Source of the DNA: a virus
Lineage: Duplodnaviria > Caudoviricetes
Direction: 5' to 3' (one strand)
IMG/VR virus record: IMGVR_UViG_2757320666_000001
Location: 1-64,000 of that record
Length of the DNA stretch: 64,000 nucleotides
Shown: positions 1 to 8,958 of the stretch, piece by piece
Layout of the letters: each line of letters opens with the position of its first letter
Position numbering within the stretch: the stretch's first letter is position 1
Notes under the pieces: generated by a model
Seen by the model: the letters and a program-made list of their open reading frames with translations, nothing else
Told to the model about the DNA's origin: nothing
Database searches by the model: none
Made by a program: the position numbers and the translations under genes

Positions 1-61
1 TTTTTGTTCGGTAAGTATTATAATCCACTCCTGGCTTTAAAATGTTAGCAATATCGCTATA

Positions 62-454
62 AATAAGTGAGGGTTTTGAGAGATTGTATTATGCTCTCAT
101 TGCTGATGATGCATTAGCACCAGCTTCTTCAAGTTCTATTGATAATAGTTTGAAGAAAGATTGTAATGTTTTCATAATGTTGGGTATTATTGATTAATAA
201 ATGGTATTATTACATTATATTAAATTAACACATCAATATTAACTTTGGCTTCGCTCACAATCAAGTAGGAAGTTACAGATGAATATTTAATATAGTTAAT
301 ATGAATATGTACATACTAATAATAAGTGAGGGGTTTGAAATGTGCATCTGTTCTCAAGAGATACACATAGTAATTATAATATTCGCCCTTGAATTATGAT
401 ATGTTTAAGAAGCATAGGGGGATATTGGATTACTAATAATGAGTGGGGGTTTTG
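62..454. repeat. Three dispersed copies of a 17-bp G-rich motif AATRAGTGRGGGKTTTG (62-78, 321-337, 438-454)
   Basis: Read directly: aataagtgagggttttg, aataagtgaggggtttg, aatgagtgggggttttg in an otherwise very AT-rich intergenic region. Confidence 0.8.
89..175 (-). CDS. Possible 28-aa peptide MKTLQSFFKLLSIELEEAGANASSAMRA
   Basis: Manual translation: ATG at 175, TAA at 89-91; A-rich upstream context; below the ORF-track cutoff. Confidence 0.3.
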   Translation of the reverse strand: MKTLQSFFKLLSIELEEAGANASSAMRA

Positions 455-550
455 TTTCAAGGTAGCATACAAACTCAATATTTTCTTCAAAAAAAATACC
501 AAAAAAAATTTTTATCAACTTCTATCCTATCAACTTATAAATTACTTTCA

Positions 551-558
551 TATCTTTG
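551..558 (+). promoter_or_regulatory. Bacteroidota sigma70-type -7 box TATCTTTG
   Basis: Matches TAnnTTTG, 31 nt upstream of the ATG at 590. Confidence 0.65.
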
Positions 559-589
559 CCAAAATCAATATTAATTAAAATTTATAAGT

Positions 590-967
590 ATGAAAAGTTA
601 TGTGAAAGTTATTGAAGCTGAACAGTTTAATGGAGATGTAGCATCTTTAAAAGAATTTGTAGGAGCTGAAAATGAGATTATTGAAACAGATGGTAAAATC
701 ATTTTGGTTACTAAAACAGATAAATGGAATGTAGTTCCAACTGATTATGTAGCAAAAGGTTATTATGGTTTACTGGTATTTAAACAGGAAAGATTTGAAA
801 AAGAATTTGATGAGGTAGTTGTTGAAGATATTGATAACACACCTGTTGCTGTTGCAAAACCTATTGAAGCTGAACCTGTTACTAAAAATGTTTTTCCTGT
901 TGAAGAAGTAAAAGAACAATTGGAAAAAGTAAAAGCTGGTAAAAAGAAAGTTGAAACTGAAAAATAA
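590..967 (+). CDS. Conserved phage hypothetical protein (IEAEQFxG...DY motif, PGDYG-like family) with acidic/lysine-rich tail
   Basis: Clean ORF between a promoter and a terminator; N-terminal VIEAEQFNG...PTDYVAKG resembles a widespread small phage family. Confidence 0.7.
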   Translation: MKSYVKVIEAEQFNGDVASLKEFVGAENEIIETDGKIILVTKTDKWNVVPTDYVAKGYYGLLVFKQERFEKEFDEVVVEDIDNTPVAVAKPIEAEPVTKNVFPVEEVKEQLEKVKAGKKKVETEK

Positions 968-987
968 TACCAAATTATTTTATATTT

Positions 988-1027
988 AAGACCTATTAAA
1001 CATTGATTTTAATAGGTCTTTTTTTTA
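988..1027 (+). terminator. Rho-independent terminator
   Basis: 13-bp perfect stem aagacctattaaa / tttaataggtctt followed by a T run. Confidence 0.85.
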
Positions 1028-1074
1028 GGTTATAAAATTTTATATATTAATAGCCATTTTTTAATTTTTTATCT

Positions 1075-1082
1075 TAACTTTG
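1075..1082 (+). promoter_or_regulatory. Bacteroidota -7 box TAACTTTG
   Basis: TAnnTTTG downstream of the terminator and 19 nt upstream of the ATG at 1102. Confidence 0.65.
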
Positions 1083-1101
1083 CTTCAAATTAAAATGAAT
1101 T

Positions 1102-1512
1102 ATGTTTTATAAAAAGATACACAGACTACCTATTTATGATTCTCATTTATTTCAAGTAATTGTAGGAGATGAGACAGATAAAATAAATAAAGCTATAAAT
1201 CAAAATCAAGAAGATTATTTTGCTTCATGTTGGAGAAACAGTCATGGACCAAGAAGACTTAAATGTATAACAATAGTATTAGACCCAACAGATAAAAACA
1301 ATTTGATTACTGCTGGTATTATTGCACATGAGTGTATTCATGCTAAAAATATGTTATTTGAGAAGATAGGTTTTAAACCTAAAGTAGATAATGATGAAGC
1401 AGAAGCATATTTTATGGAGTATTTAGTAAATTATGTTACTGATTTTGTTAATAAAGTAAGAGAAAAAGAAGCAACTTTAAAAGATAAAAAAGATGGAGAT
1501 ACAAGAGAATAA
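1102..1512 (+). CDS. Small HExxH metallopeptidase-like protein
   Basis: IIAHECIH motif followed by a downstream Glu in DEAEAY. Confidence 0.6.
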   Translation: MFYKKIHRLPIYDSHLFQVIVGDETDKINKAINQNQEDYFASCWRNSHGPRRLKCITIVLDPTDKNNLITAGIIAHECIHAKNMLFEKIGFKPKVDNDEAEAYFMEYLVNYVTDFVNKVREKEATLKDKKDGDTRE

Positions 1513-1801
1513 CATCAATAATCAAGATTCAACAAATTTAGAAGATTTCAAAGCAGAAATGCCTACTACATTTGTAAAAGAAGATATTGTTGCACCAGAT
1601 AGTATTAATCTTTCTGGTAAAACATTAAGAAGAAACTTTATATATCAGCAAAGAGATGAGTATATAAATAAACATAAGGTTGCTCCTGATGAAAGAACAA
1701 TGGAAGACTTTGCAAACAATGCAAGAAGAAAATATATTCAAGAAGGAGATTATTCTTTTAATAAAATCACAGGAGAAGCTGTTTGGTTAGGAACTTTTTA
1801 A
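1493..1801 (+). CDS. Hypothetical protein
   Basis: ORF overlapping the upstream gene in the operon; no motif recognised. Confidence 0.65.
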   Translation: MEIQENNINNQDSTNLEDFKAEMPTTFVKEDIVAPDSINLSGKTLRRNFIYQQRDEYINKHKVAPDERTMEDFANNARRKYIQEGDYSFNKITGEAVWLGTF

Positions 1802-1811
1802 AATAAATTAT

Positions 1812-2171
1812 ATGAGAATAATTCAAAAAACAATGATACTTGAAAAAGAAAAGTATTATGAAATGCATTTGAAGATAATAAATTCACTTATACCAGCACC
1901 ATTAAGTAATATGGAGATTAAGGTACTTGCAGGATTTATGTCTTTAAGTGGAGATTTAGTGGAAGTAAATAGATTCAATGGTGCTGCCAGAAAGTTAGTT
2001 GCATCACAACAATCCCCACCCATTTCTTCTGCTGGTATGAGCAACTATATTAAATCTCTTGAACAAAAAGGAGCAATTTATTATAATATTGATAATGTTT
2101 TAGAAATAGCTAAAATATTGTTGTGTGAAAATGAAGAGCAATTTTATCAATTTAAAATTAAGAAAAAGTAA
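1812..2171 (+). CDS. Putative winged-helix DNA-binding protein
   Basis: LSNMEIKVLA...ISSAGMSNYIKSLEQKGAI pattern resembles a MarR-like wHTH; TAATG coupling to the next gene. Confidence 0.55.
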   Translation: MRIIQKTMILEKEKYYEMHLKIINSLIPAPLSNMEIKVLAGFMSLSGDLVEVNRFNGAARKLVASQQSPPISSAGMSNYIKSLEQKGAIYYNIDNVLEIAKILLCENEEQFYQFKIKKK

Positions 2172-2491
2172 TGAAGATTGAAAGTCAAGAATTAATGATT
2201 GAATTTTATGAAAAGAACAAAGAATCTTTTCCAGGATTGACATTTGAACAAATGAAAGAATGTTGTGGAACTCAATATTTATATACTAAAAAAGAAATAG
2301 AAAGTGGAAAGTTTCCTACTATTAGACTTAAATATTTTGGTACATTTTTAGTTTATCCTAAAAGAGCAGAAGCTATATTGAGAAGATTAACTGTTCAATT
2401 TAAAGAATTAAAACTTGATGCAAAAACTTACTTTGAAAAAAAGACCTTAATTGAAAATTTTTTACAAAATGAAACAGAAGAGAAAATTTAG
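2171..2491 (+). CDS. Divergent IHF/HU-like DNA-binding protein
   Basis: GKFPTIRLKYFGTFLV resembles the HU/IHF GxxVxLxGFGTF motif. Confidence 0.55.
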   Translation: MKIESQELMIEFYEKNKESFPGLTFEQMKECCGTQYLYTKKEIESGKFPTIRLKYFGTFLVYPKRAEAILRRLTVQFKELKLDAKTYFEKKTLIENFLQNETEEKI

Positions 2492-2771
2492 TGATATATT
2501 TGCATACTTTCAAGGTTATTACAGATATAATTTATATTATAGTAAATACTTTGCTTGGTTAATAAGAACTCATATACATGAGCAAATTGATTGGAGAATA
2601 AGTGTAATGGATAAACAATGTTATCTTACAGGAAGTTGTAAAATATGTGGTTGTGATACTACTGCTTTACAAATGGCTGATAAACAATGTGGTAAACCTT
2701 GCTATCCAAATATGATGAATAAAAAAGAATGGTTAAAATTTAAACAAAATAATTATGGAAAATTGGATTAA
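2469..2771 (+). CDS. Cys-rich hypothetical protein (putative Zn binding)
   Basis: C...GSCKICGC...C..PC motif; ATG at 2469 preferred over the track start at 2451. Confidence 0.65.
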   Translation: MKQKRKFSDIFAYFQGYYRYNLYYSKYFAWLIRTHIHEQIDWRISVMDKQCYLTGSCKICGCDTTALQMADKQCGKPCYPNMMNKKEWLKFKQNNYGKLD

Positions 2772-3051
2772 TAAAGTACTCAAGGTTGGTAACATTAGAC
2801 AAAATAAGATATTACCATTATCTTTTGTTGCTACCCCATATATAAAAGAAATAACTTTAATAGTTCCTGGTTGTGGGTGTACTACCTGTGAATATGATGA
2901 TAAAAAAAGAATGTTAAATGTAGTATTTAAAACAGGTAACATACCTAATCATATAATAGGAAATCAAGAATTTAGTAAAATAATAACAGTTGTATATAAA
3001 GATGGTTCACAAGATGAATTATTTATAAATGGCATAAAATTAAGAGAATAA
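2755..3051 (+). CDS. DUF1573-like Ig-fold protein
   Basis: PGCGCT motif and beta-rich pattern typical of Bacteroidota DUF1573 domains. Confidence 0.6.
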   Translation: MENWINKVLKVGNIRQNKILPLSFVATPYIKEITLIVPGCGCTTCEYDDKKRMLNVVFKTGNIPNHIIGNQEFSKIITVVYKDGSQDELFINGIKLRE

Positions 3052-3632
3052 TGGGAGCAAAAGTATTAGTAAATGATTATGTAAGATTAGCAAAAGCTAA
3101 TCCAACAATAGAAAAAGAATTTGAATATTTTAAAGAATTTATATTCAATAGAACATTAGTTTGGGAAGGAGTATCTAATCCTAAAGCTGGAGGTAATCTT
3201 CACAATGTTGCTGGTGATACTGGTGGTTGGACATTATGGGGAATTGCTTATAATTCTAATTCTGGTTTATTTAAAAATTTTGATGATTTCAAAGATACTA
3301 CTTATGAAGAAGCAGCCGCTATTGCTTATACAAAATATTACAGAGCTATCAATGCTTTCATACTTCCTTTAGAAGCAAGACTTATGTACTTTGATACTGC
3401 TTACAATATGGGTAATATGAGAGCAATTAAAATTATGCAATCTTGTGTAGGAGTTCCTCAAGATGGAGTTATTGGTCCTGTTACAAGAGAAAAAATGCAA
3501 TATGTAACAGAAGAATGTTTGTTCAATAAAAGAAATACTACTTATAACAACATAGTAAGAGCTAATATTAAAATGAATAAATTTATTAAAGGTTGGTTGA
3601 ATAGAAGTTTAGCAATATTTAAAATCAAATAA
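3051..3632 (+). CDS. Endolysin, glycoside hydrolase family 108 with C-terminal peptidoglycan-binding region
   Basis: EG...DTGGWTLWGI motif; FDTAYNMG..RAIKIMQ..VG..QDGVIGPVT; C-terminal FIKGWLNR. Confidence 0.85.
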   Translation: MGAKVLVNDYVRLAKANPTIEKEFEYFKEFIFNRTLVWEGVSNPKAGGNLHNVAGDTGGWTLWGIAYNSNSGLFKNFDDFKDTTYEEAAAIAYTKYYRAINAFILPLEARLMYFDTAYNMGNMRAIKIMQSCVGVPQDGVIGPVTREKMQYVTEECLFNKRNTTYNNIVRANIKMNKFIKGWLNRSLAIFKIK

Positions 3633-3633
3633 T

Positions 3634-4203
3634 ATGAGTTTATTATTTACAGTAGAAAATAAAATTGTAAGACCAAATGTTGAAACTCTTTTGATATTTC
3701 CTTTTTCAGAGATATGGGATAGAGATGATTTACCTGGAAAACAATTAGCTATAGAAGATTTTGCTTATATTGAGTTTGTTACATCAGCTAAAAAATCAAA
3801 TCCTTATGCTGGTTATGCTGAAAATGTCAGAAGAGAAAAAGTAATTGCTGATATTATCACAAGACCAGAATGGGTAGAAGATGATTTGATTAAACTTGCA
3901 ATTGAGAAAATGATTCAGTTTCAAAAAGAAGCATCTGTTACTTATAATTATTATATGTCAGCTAAAATTGCTGCTGAAAAAATACAAGATTTTTTCAATA
4001 CATTTGATATGAAACTTGTAAACTTGAAAACAGGTTTACCTTTGTATAAACCAAAAGAAATAACTTCAACTTTAATTGATACTTCTAAAGTATTAGAAAA
4101 TCTTAATACTTTGAAAGATAAAGTAGATACAGAAATATTTGAAGAAGTAAAAAATCGAGGTCAAAAAGTGGTAAGTCCATTTGCAGACCCAAACAGTTTA
4201 TAA
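3634..4203 (+). CDS. Conserved hypothetical protein immediately upstream of TerL (possible small terminase subunit)
   Basis: Position and helical character only. Confidence 0.5.
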   Translation: MSLLFTVENKIVRPNVETLLIFPFSEIWDRDDLPGKQLAIEDFAYIEFVTSAKKSNPYAGYAENVRREKVIADIITRPEWVEDDLIKLAIEKMIQFQKEASVTYNYYMSAKIAAEKIQDFFNTFDMKLVNLKTGLPLYKPKEITSTLIDTSKVLENLNTLKDKVDTEIFEEVKNRGQKVVSPFADPNSL

Positions 4204-4206
4204 TGT

Positions 4207-6432
4207 ATGGATATTTATGATGATGGTAAATTAGATGGTATTAGAAATCCAGATGGTATTTGGATTAACTCTCAAGTATTTAGAGAAGAAGCTCTAAATT
4301 TCAAGAAGTATAATATGTATTGTTCATCACCAGCTAATTCACCTGATTGGTTAAAATATTGGACAGAACAAAGAAGAAGATGTTTAAATGGTTATTCTGT
4401 TGGAGGAGTAAGGATTACAGGAGACCATTATTTTTATTTAAACTTCTGTCCTATTATGAAAACAGAAGAAGATGATAATGGTTTAATTAAAAATAAAAGA
4501 GCAAAGAAAGGTAAGAAAGAATTAGATTTTCCTGACTTTTGGGATGGAGATTATAATTATTATTGGTGTAGAGAAATTGCAAGAAATGGTATATTAGATT
4601 CAGGTTTAATTTTACCAGAAGAAGCAGATGAAATATACAGTTTACCTGATTTAGAACAAGCACTTAAAATGAAAGAAGTGTTTGATTCTTTACATCTTGA
4701 TGTTAAAATTGAACCAAATTATCTTTATGGTGGATATAATCTTATAGTAGGTAAATCTCGAAGAAAAGGTTATTCATTTAAGAATGCTTCTATTGGGGTA
4801 AATAATTATCTTACAAAACCTAATAAACTTACTATATTTGGTGCAGAAGATAAAAAGTATTTGTACCCAAAAGGTATATTTACTATGGCAAATAATTACC
4901 TCAACTTTATTTCCCAACATACTCCTTGGGTATATCCAAGAGATGTTATTAATCAGATAAGTAAAGGACATATTAGAGCATCTACTTTAGAAATAAAAGC
5001 AGGTGTACCTATTGAGAAAGGATTTATGTCAGAAATAATGTCTTTAACTTTTAAAGATAATCCCGATTCTGCAAGGGGAAAAGATGCTTATGACTTAATA
5101 TTTGAAGAAGCTGGTTCTTTTGGTACTCCTGGTTTATTAAAAGATAGTTATGTTGCATCAGAAGATTGTGTAATGGATGGTGATATTAAAACTGGTCTTA
5201 TTACAATATTTGGTACATCTGGAGATATGACTGGTGGTACAGCAGATTATGCTGAAATGCATAGTAGTCCTTTAGCATTTGGATTATTACCTTTTCAAAA
5301 TGTTTGGGATAAAGATAGTGAAGATATGAAGTGTGGTTTCTTCCATCCTATATCTTGGAATATGCCAGGACATTATGATGAGCAAGGAAATTCAGATAAA
5401 GCATCAGCTATTTCATCAGAATTAGCTACAAGAAAATTTCGTGTTGATAATGGAGCAACTAATGCAGCTATGCAAAAAAGAATGCAAGAAAAACCTCTTG
5501 GGCCTTTTGAAGCATTTGGTATGGTATCAACAAATAACTTTCCTATCATTGAATTAAAAAGAAGATTGGAAATTGTTAGAAGTAAAAATCTTCATTTAAT
5601 AAAAGGCACACCTGTAAATTTATTTTTTGATGCTGGTAAAGGGAAAGTGGTAGCAGAACCTATTTTAGATGGTAGTGCTAATCCTGTATATAAGATGAAA
5701 CCTGACAATATTTCATTAGAAGGTTGTCCAATTATATATGAATATCCATCAGAAGTTCCTGTTCCAGGAGCATATAAAATTGGTTATGACCCTTATAGAC
5801 AAGATAAAGGTACATCATTAGCAGCAATACTTGTATATAAAACAATTATAAAAGGTTCATATACAAGAAGAATAATAGTTGCTGAATATATTGGAAGACC
5901 AGAAAGTGCAGATGATGTAAATCTTATAGCTAAACTATTTGCTGAATTATATAATACTCAAGTAATGTATGAGAATGAGGTAACTCATGTAAAAGATTAC
6001 TTTAGAAGAAGAAAATGGTTACACTATTTAGCTTTACAACCTGATGCTGTAATATCTAAAAATGTAAAAAACAGTAAAGTAGCAAGGGTATATGGTTGCC
6101 ACATGAATGAGCAATTAAAAGATGCTGGAGAAAAATACATTAAAGATTGGCTGAATGATGTTCAAGATTTTGATGAAGATGGTAAAGCACAAACTACAAT
6201 AGACCAAATTAATTCTATTGGTTTATTAGAAGAGTTAATTGCTTATAATAGAAAAGGAAACTTTGATAGAGTTATGGCATTAATGCAAGTTATGTTCCAA
6301 GAACAAGAATCTTTATTAGGTAAAGAATATGATGAAAAAGCTACACCAAATAAGAATGCAAAAAAACTTGTAGCTATGATGGGAAACATGTATAATAAAA
6401 ATAGTAGTGCTTTTTATAAAAGATTAAATTAA
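4207..6432 (+). CDS. terL: Terminase large subunit, crAss-like
   Basis: ITGDHYFYLNF; Walker A-like GKSRRKGYS; Walker B LIFEEAG; nuclease motifs IGYDPY and GNFDRVMAL. Confidence 0.92.
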   Translation: MDIYDDGKLDGIRNPDGIWINSQVFREEALNFKKYNMYCSSPANSPDWLKYWTEQRRRCLNGYSVGGVRITGDHYFYLNFCPIMKTEEDDNGLIKNKRAKKGKKELDFPDFWDGDYNYYWCREIARNGILDSGLILPEEADEIYSLPDLEQALKMKEVFDSLHLDVKIEPNYLYGGYNLIVGKSRRKGYSFKNASIGVNNYLTKPNKLTIFGAEDKKYLYPKGIFTMANNYLNFISQHTPWVYPRDVINQISKGHIRASTLEIKAGVPIEKGFMSEIMSLTFKDNPDSARGKDAYDLIFEEAGSFGTPGLLKDSYVASEDCVMDGDIKTGLITIFGTSGDMTGGTADYAEMHSSPLAFGLLPFQNVWDKDSEDMKCGFFHPISWNMPGHYDEQGNSDKASAISSELATRKFRVDNGATNAAMQKRMQEKPLGPFEAFGMVSTNNFPIIELKRRLEIVRSKNLHLIKGTPVNLFFDAGKGKVVAEPILDGSANPVYKMKPDNISLEGCPIIYEYPSEVPVPGAYKIGYDPYRQDKGTSLAAILVYKTIIKGSYTRRIIVAEYIGRPESADDVNLIAKLFAELYNTQVMYENEVTHVKDYFRRRKWLHYLALQPDAVISKNVKNSKVARVYGCHMNEQLKDAGEKYIKDWLNDVQDFDEDGKAQTTIDQINSIGLLEELIAYNRKGNFDRVMALMQVMFQEQESLLGKEYDEKATPNKNAKKLVAMMGNMYNKNSSAFYKRLN

Positions 6433-6438
6433 AAATGT

Positions 6439-6446
6439 TACTTTTG
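6439..6446 (+). promoter_or_regulatory. Bacteroidota -7 box TACTTTTG
   Basis: TAnnTTTG in the terL-portal gap. Confidence 0.6.
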
Positions 6447-6479
6447 CAATAATTTAATTAATAATATTAAATATAGAAA

Positions 6480-8906
6480 ATGGCTGAATTAAATACAAAT
6501 TTTGATACTCATAGACTTACTCGTAAAGAGAAAGAAGCTAATGATTTTCAATGGTATAAAGAAAAAATAGACAGCTATGACAAAGAAGCAAATAATACTG
6601 CTTCTGGTTATGGTGGTATTTCTGAATACAAAAGAATGAAAGTCAATTGTGATTTATATAATAATATTATTGACTTGGCAGAGTTTGCTTATGTTTGTAC
6701 TCCATTTGGTGCAGAGGTTGGAGAACTTCCTGCTAATATGGTAAATAGAGATATTAGTTCTTATAGAATTAAAGCTCTATTAGGTATGGAAATGAAAAGA
6801 CCTTTTGGTTATAAAGTATTAGCTACAAATGTAGAAGCTACAACAAGAAGAGAAGAAGAAGAAACTAAAAGAATAAAAGAATATGTAATTGAGCAAATTA
6901 TGTTGCCAATTAAGCAACAAATTGAATTAGAATATCAAGAACAAACTAAAGGACAAGAATTAACTCCACAAGAAAAGAAAGATATTCAAAATCAAATTGC
7001 TCAAGCTATTCAAGCACAAACTCCTCCAGAAGTCAAAAGATATATGGAAAGAGACCATCAAGACCCATCAGAAGTTCAAGGACATCAGATTATGGAATAC
7101 TTGATGAAGGAACAAGATATTAAAAGAAAATTTAATAATGGTTGGAAATATGGTTTACTTACTGCTTATGAAGTGTATTGGGTAGGAATCATAAATAACA
7201 AACCAGTATTAAAAGTAGTAAATCCTATAAGATTTAATTGTGATAAATCTCCTGATTTAGATTATATTGAAAATGGAGAATGGGCTGTAGCAGAATGGAG
7301 AATGTCTCCTTCTGATGTAGTTAAAACTTTTAAATTAACAGATAAAGAAATTGATGATGTATATAAAAATCATCATAACTATAATGAAACTTATTTAAGA
7401 GAGAACTTGCATGATTTTAGTAATACTCATGTAAATATAAATCATCATACTGTAAAAGTAATTCATGTTCAATTTAAAGGTTTAAGAAAAGTTGGTTGGT
7501 TAGATTATATTGATAAAGATGGTAATCTTCAAACAAGATTTCTTGTAGATGAACAATACAAGTTGAATAAGGAAAATGGTGATGTAAAAATTGAATGGGA
7601 ATGGATTCCTGAAACTTATGAAGGATATAAAATAGGTACAAGTATCTATAAAAATATGCAACCTGTTCCTGGTCAAACAAAAGATATTGATACTATTTAT
7701 GATTGTAAACTTTCTTATCATGGTGTAGTATATGATAATACAAACTCTCAACCTACTTGTCCTATGGATAGAATGAGAGTGGACCAATATTATTATGATA
7801 TTATATGGTATAGAATAGAATTACTTATGGCATCAGATAAGGGTAAAAAAATATTAATGAATATTAATGCTATTCCTGAAAGTGCTGATATAGATGTTGA
7901 AAAATGGCAATATTTTTTTGAAAGCACACCTTTTATGTGGTATAATCCTGATGAAGAAGGGATGACACAACAAGATGTAAATACTATTGCTAAAACAATG
8001 GACTTATCTTTAGCTTCTGATATACAAAAATATATAGAGTTAGCTATGACTATAGATAGAAGATGTGGTACATCTGTAGGAATAGGTGATGCAGCATTAG
8101 GACAAACAGCTACAAGTAAATCAGTTGGTAATAATCAACAAGATTTAATACAAACTTCTTTAATATTAGAACCTTATTTTGATTTACATGCTTCTGTTAA
8201 AAAGAATGTTTTAAATTCATTATTGACTGTAGCTAAAATAGCATATACTAATTCTAAATTAGAAGTATTAAATTATGTACTTGATGATATGTCAAGAAGA
8301 ATGCTTGATATTGATATAAATTTACTTGATAATTCTACATTAGGTTTATTTGTAGAAGATAGTACAGAAGCACAAGAATCTCAAGAATTAGTAAGAAACC
8401 TTGCACATGCTGCTATGCAGAATCAAACTATTGAATTATCTGATGTATTAGCTGTTGTTAAACAAAAAGGTACTCAAGAAGCAGAAGAAGCTCTTAAAGC
8501 TGCTGAAAAAGCAAGACATGAAAGAGAAGATGCTAATGCACAAAAACAAAGAGAATTTGAAGCTGAACAATCTGATAAAGCAAGAGAGCATGAAAAAGAA
8601 GTTTGGGCAAATGAAAAAGATAATATTATTCTTAAAGAAACTGAAAGAAGAAAAACTGTTGTTCAAGCTCAAGCTATGATGTCTATGGGATTCAATGAAG
8701 ACAAAGATGTTGATAATGATGGACAATTAGATATTCTTGAAGTAATGAAGAATGCAACAAATGTTCAAATTCAAATGGAAAAAACTCAATTAGAGAATAG
8801 AAAATTAGACCATACTATAGAAAATGACAAAGAAAAAAACAGTATAGAAAGGTCAAAAATAAACATGAGTAACAATTTACCTAAAAAAACAAGTCCTAAA
8901 AAATAG
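6480..8906 (+). CDS. Portal protein, crAss-like
   Basis: Follows terL; about 800 aa; coiled-coil C-terminus with a DVDNDG motif; fits the crAss gene order terL-portal-scaffold-MCP. Confidence 0.88.
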   Translation: MAELNTNFDTHRLTRKEKEANDFQWYKEKIDSYDKEANNTASGYGGISEYKRMKVNCDLYNNIIDLAEFAYVCTPFGAEVGELPANMVNRDISSYRIKALLGMEMKRPFGYKVLATNVEATTRREEEETKRIKEYVIEQIMLPIKQQIELEYQEQTKGQELTPQEKKDIQNQIAQAIQAQTPPEVKRYMERDHQDPSEVQGHQIMEYLMKEQDIKRKFNNGWKYGLLTAYEVYWVGIINNKPVLKVVNPIRFNCDKSPDLDYIENGEWAVAEWRMSPSDVVKTFKLTDKEIDDVYKNHHNYNETYLRENLHDFSNTHVNINHHTVKVIHVQFKGLRKVGWLDYIDKDGNLQTRFLVDEQYKLNKENGDVKIEWEWIPETYEGYKIGTSIYKNMQPVPGQTKDIDTIYDCKLSYHGVVYDNTNSQPTCPMDRMRVDQYYYDIIWYRIELLMASDKGKKILMNINAIPESADIDVEKWQYFFESTPFMWYNPDEEGMTQQDVNTIAKTMDLSLASDIQKYIELAMTIDRRCGTSVGIGDAALGQTATSKSVGNNQQDLIQTSLILEPYFDLHASVKKNVLNSLLTVAKIAYTNSKLEVLNYVLDDMSRRMLDIDINLLDNSTLGLFVEDSTEAQESQELVRNLAHAAMQNQTIELSDVLAVVKQKGTQEAEEALKAAEKARHEREDANAQKQREFEAEQSDKAREHEKEVWANEKDNIILKETERRKTVVQAQAMMSMGFNEDKDVDNDGQLDILEVMKNATNVQIQMEKTQLENRKLDHTIENDKEKNSIERSKINMSNNLPKKTSPKK

Positions 8907-8958
8907 CTAAAAACAAAAAATGGCTATTACACATCAAATAACAAAAGTTCATTTTTTA

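Noticed and set aside
62-454. Mini CRISPR array
   Set aside because: Repeats are 17 bp, imperfect and spaced 259 and 117 nt apart, unlike repeat-spacer periodicity
396-578. 60-aa + strand ORF
   Set aside because: Low-complexity translation that overlaps repeat copy 3, poly-A tracts and the promoter at 551; probably non-coding
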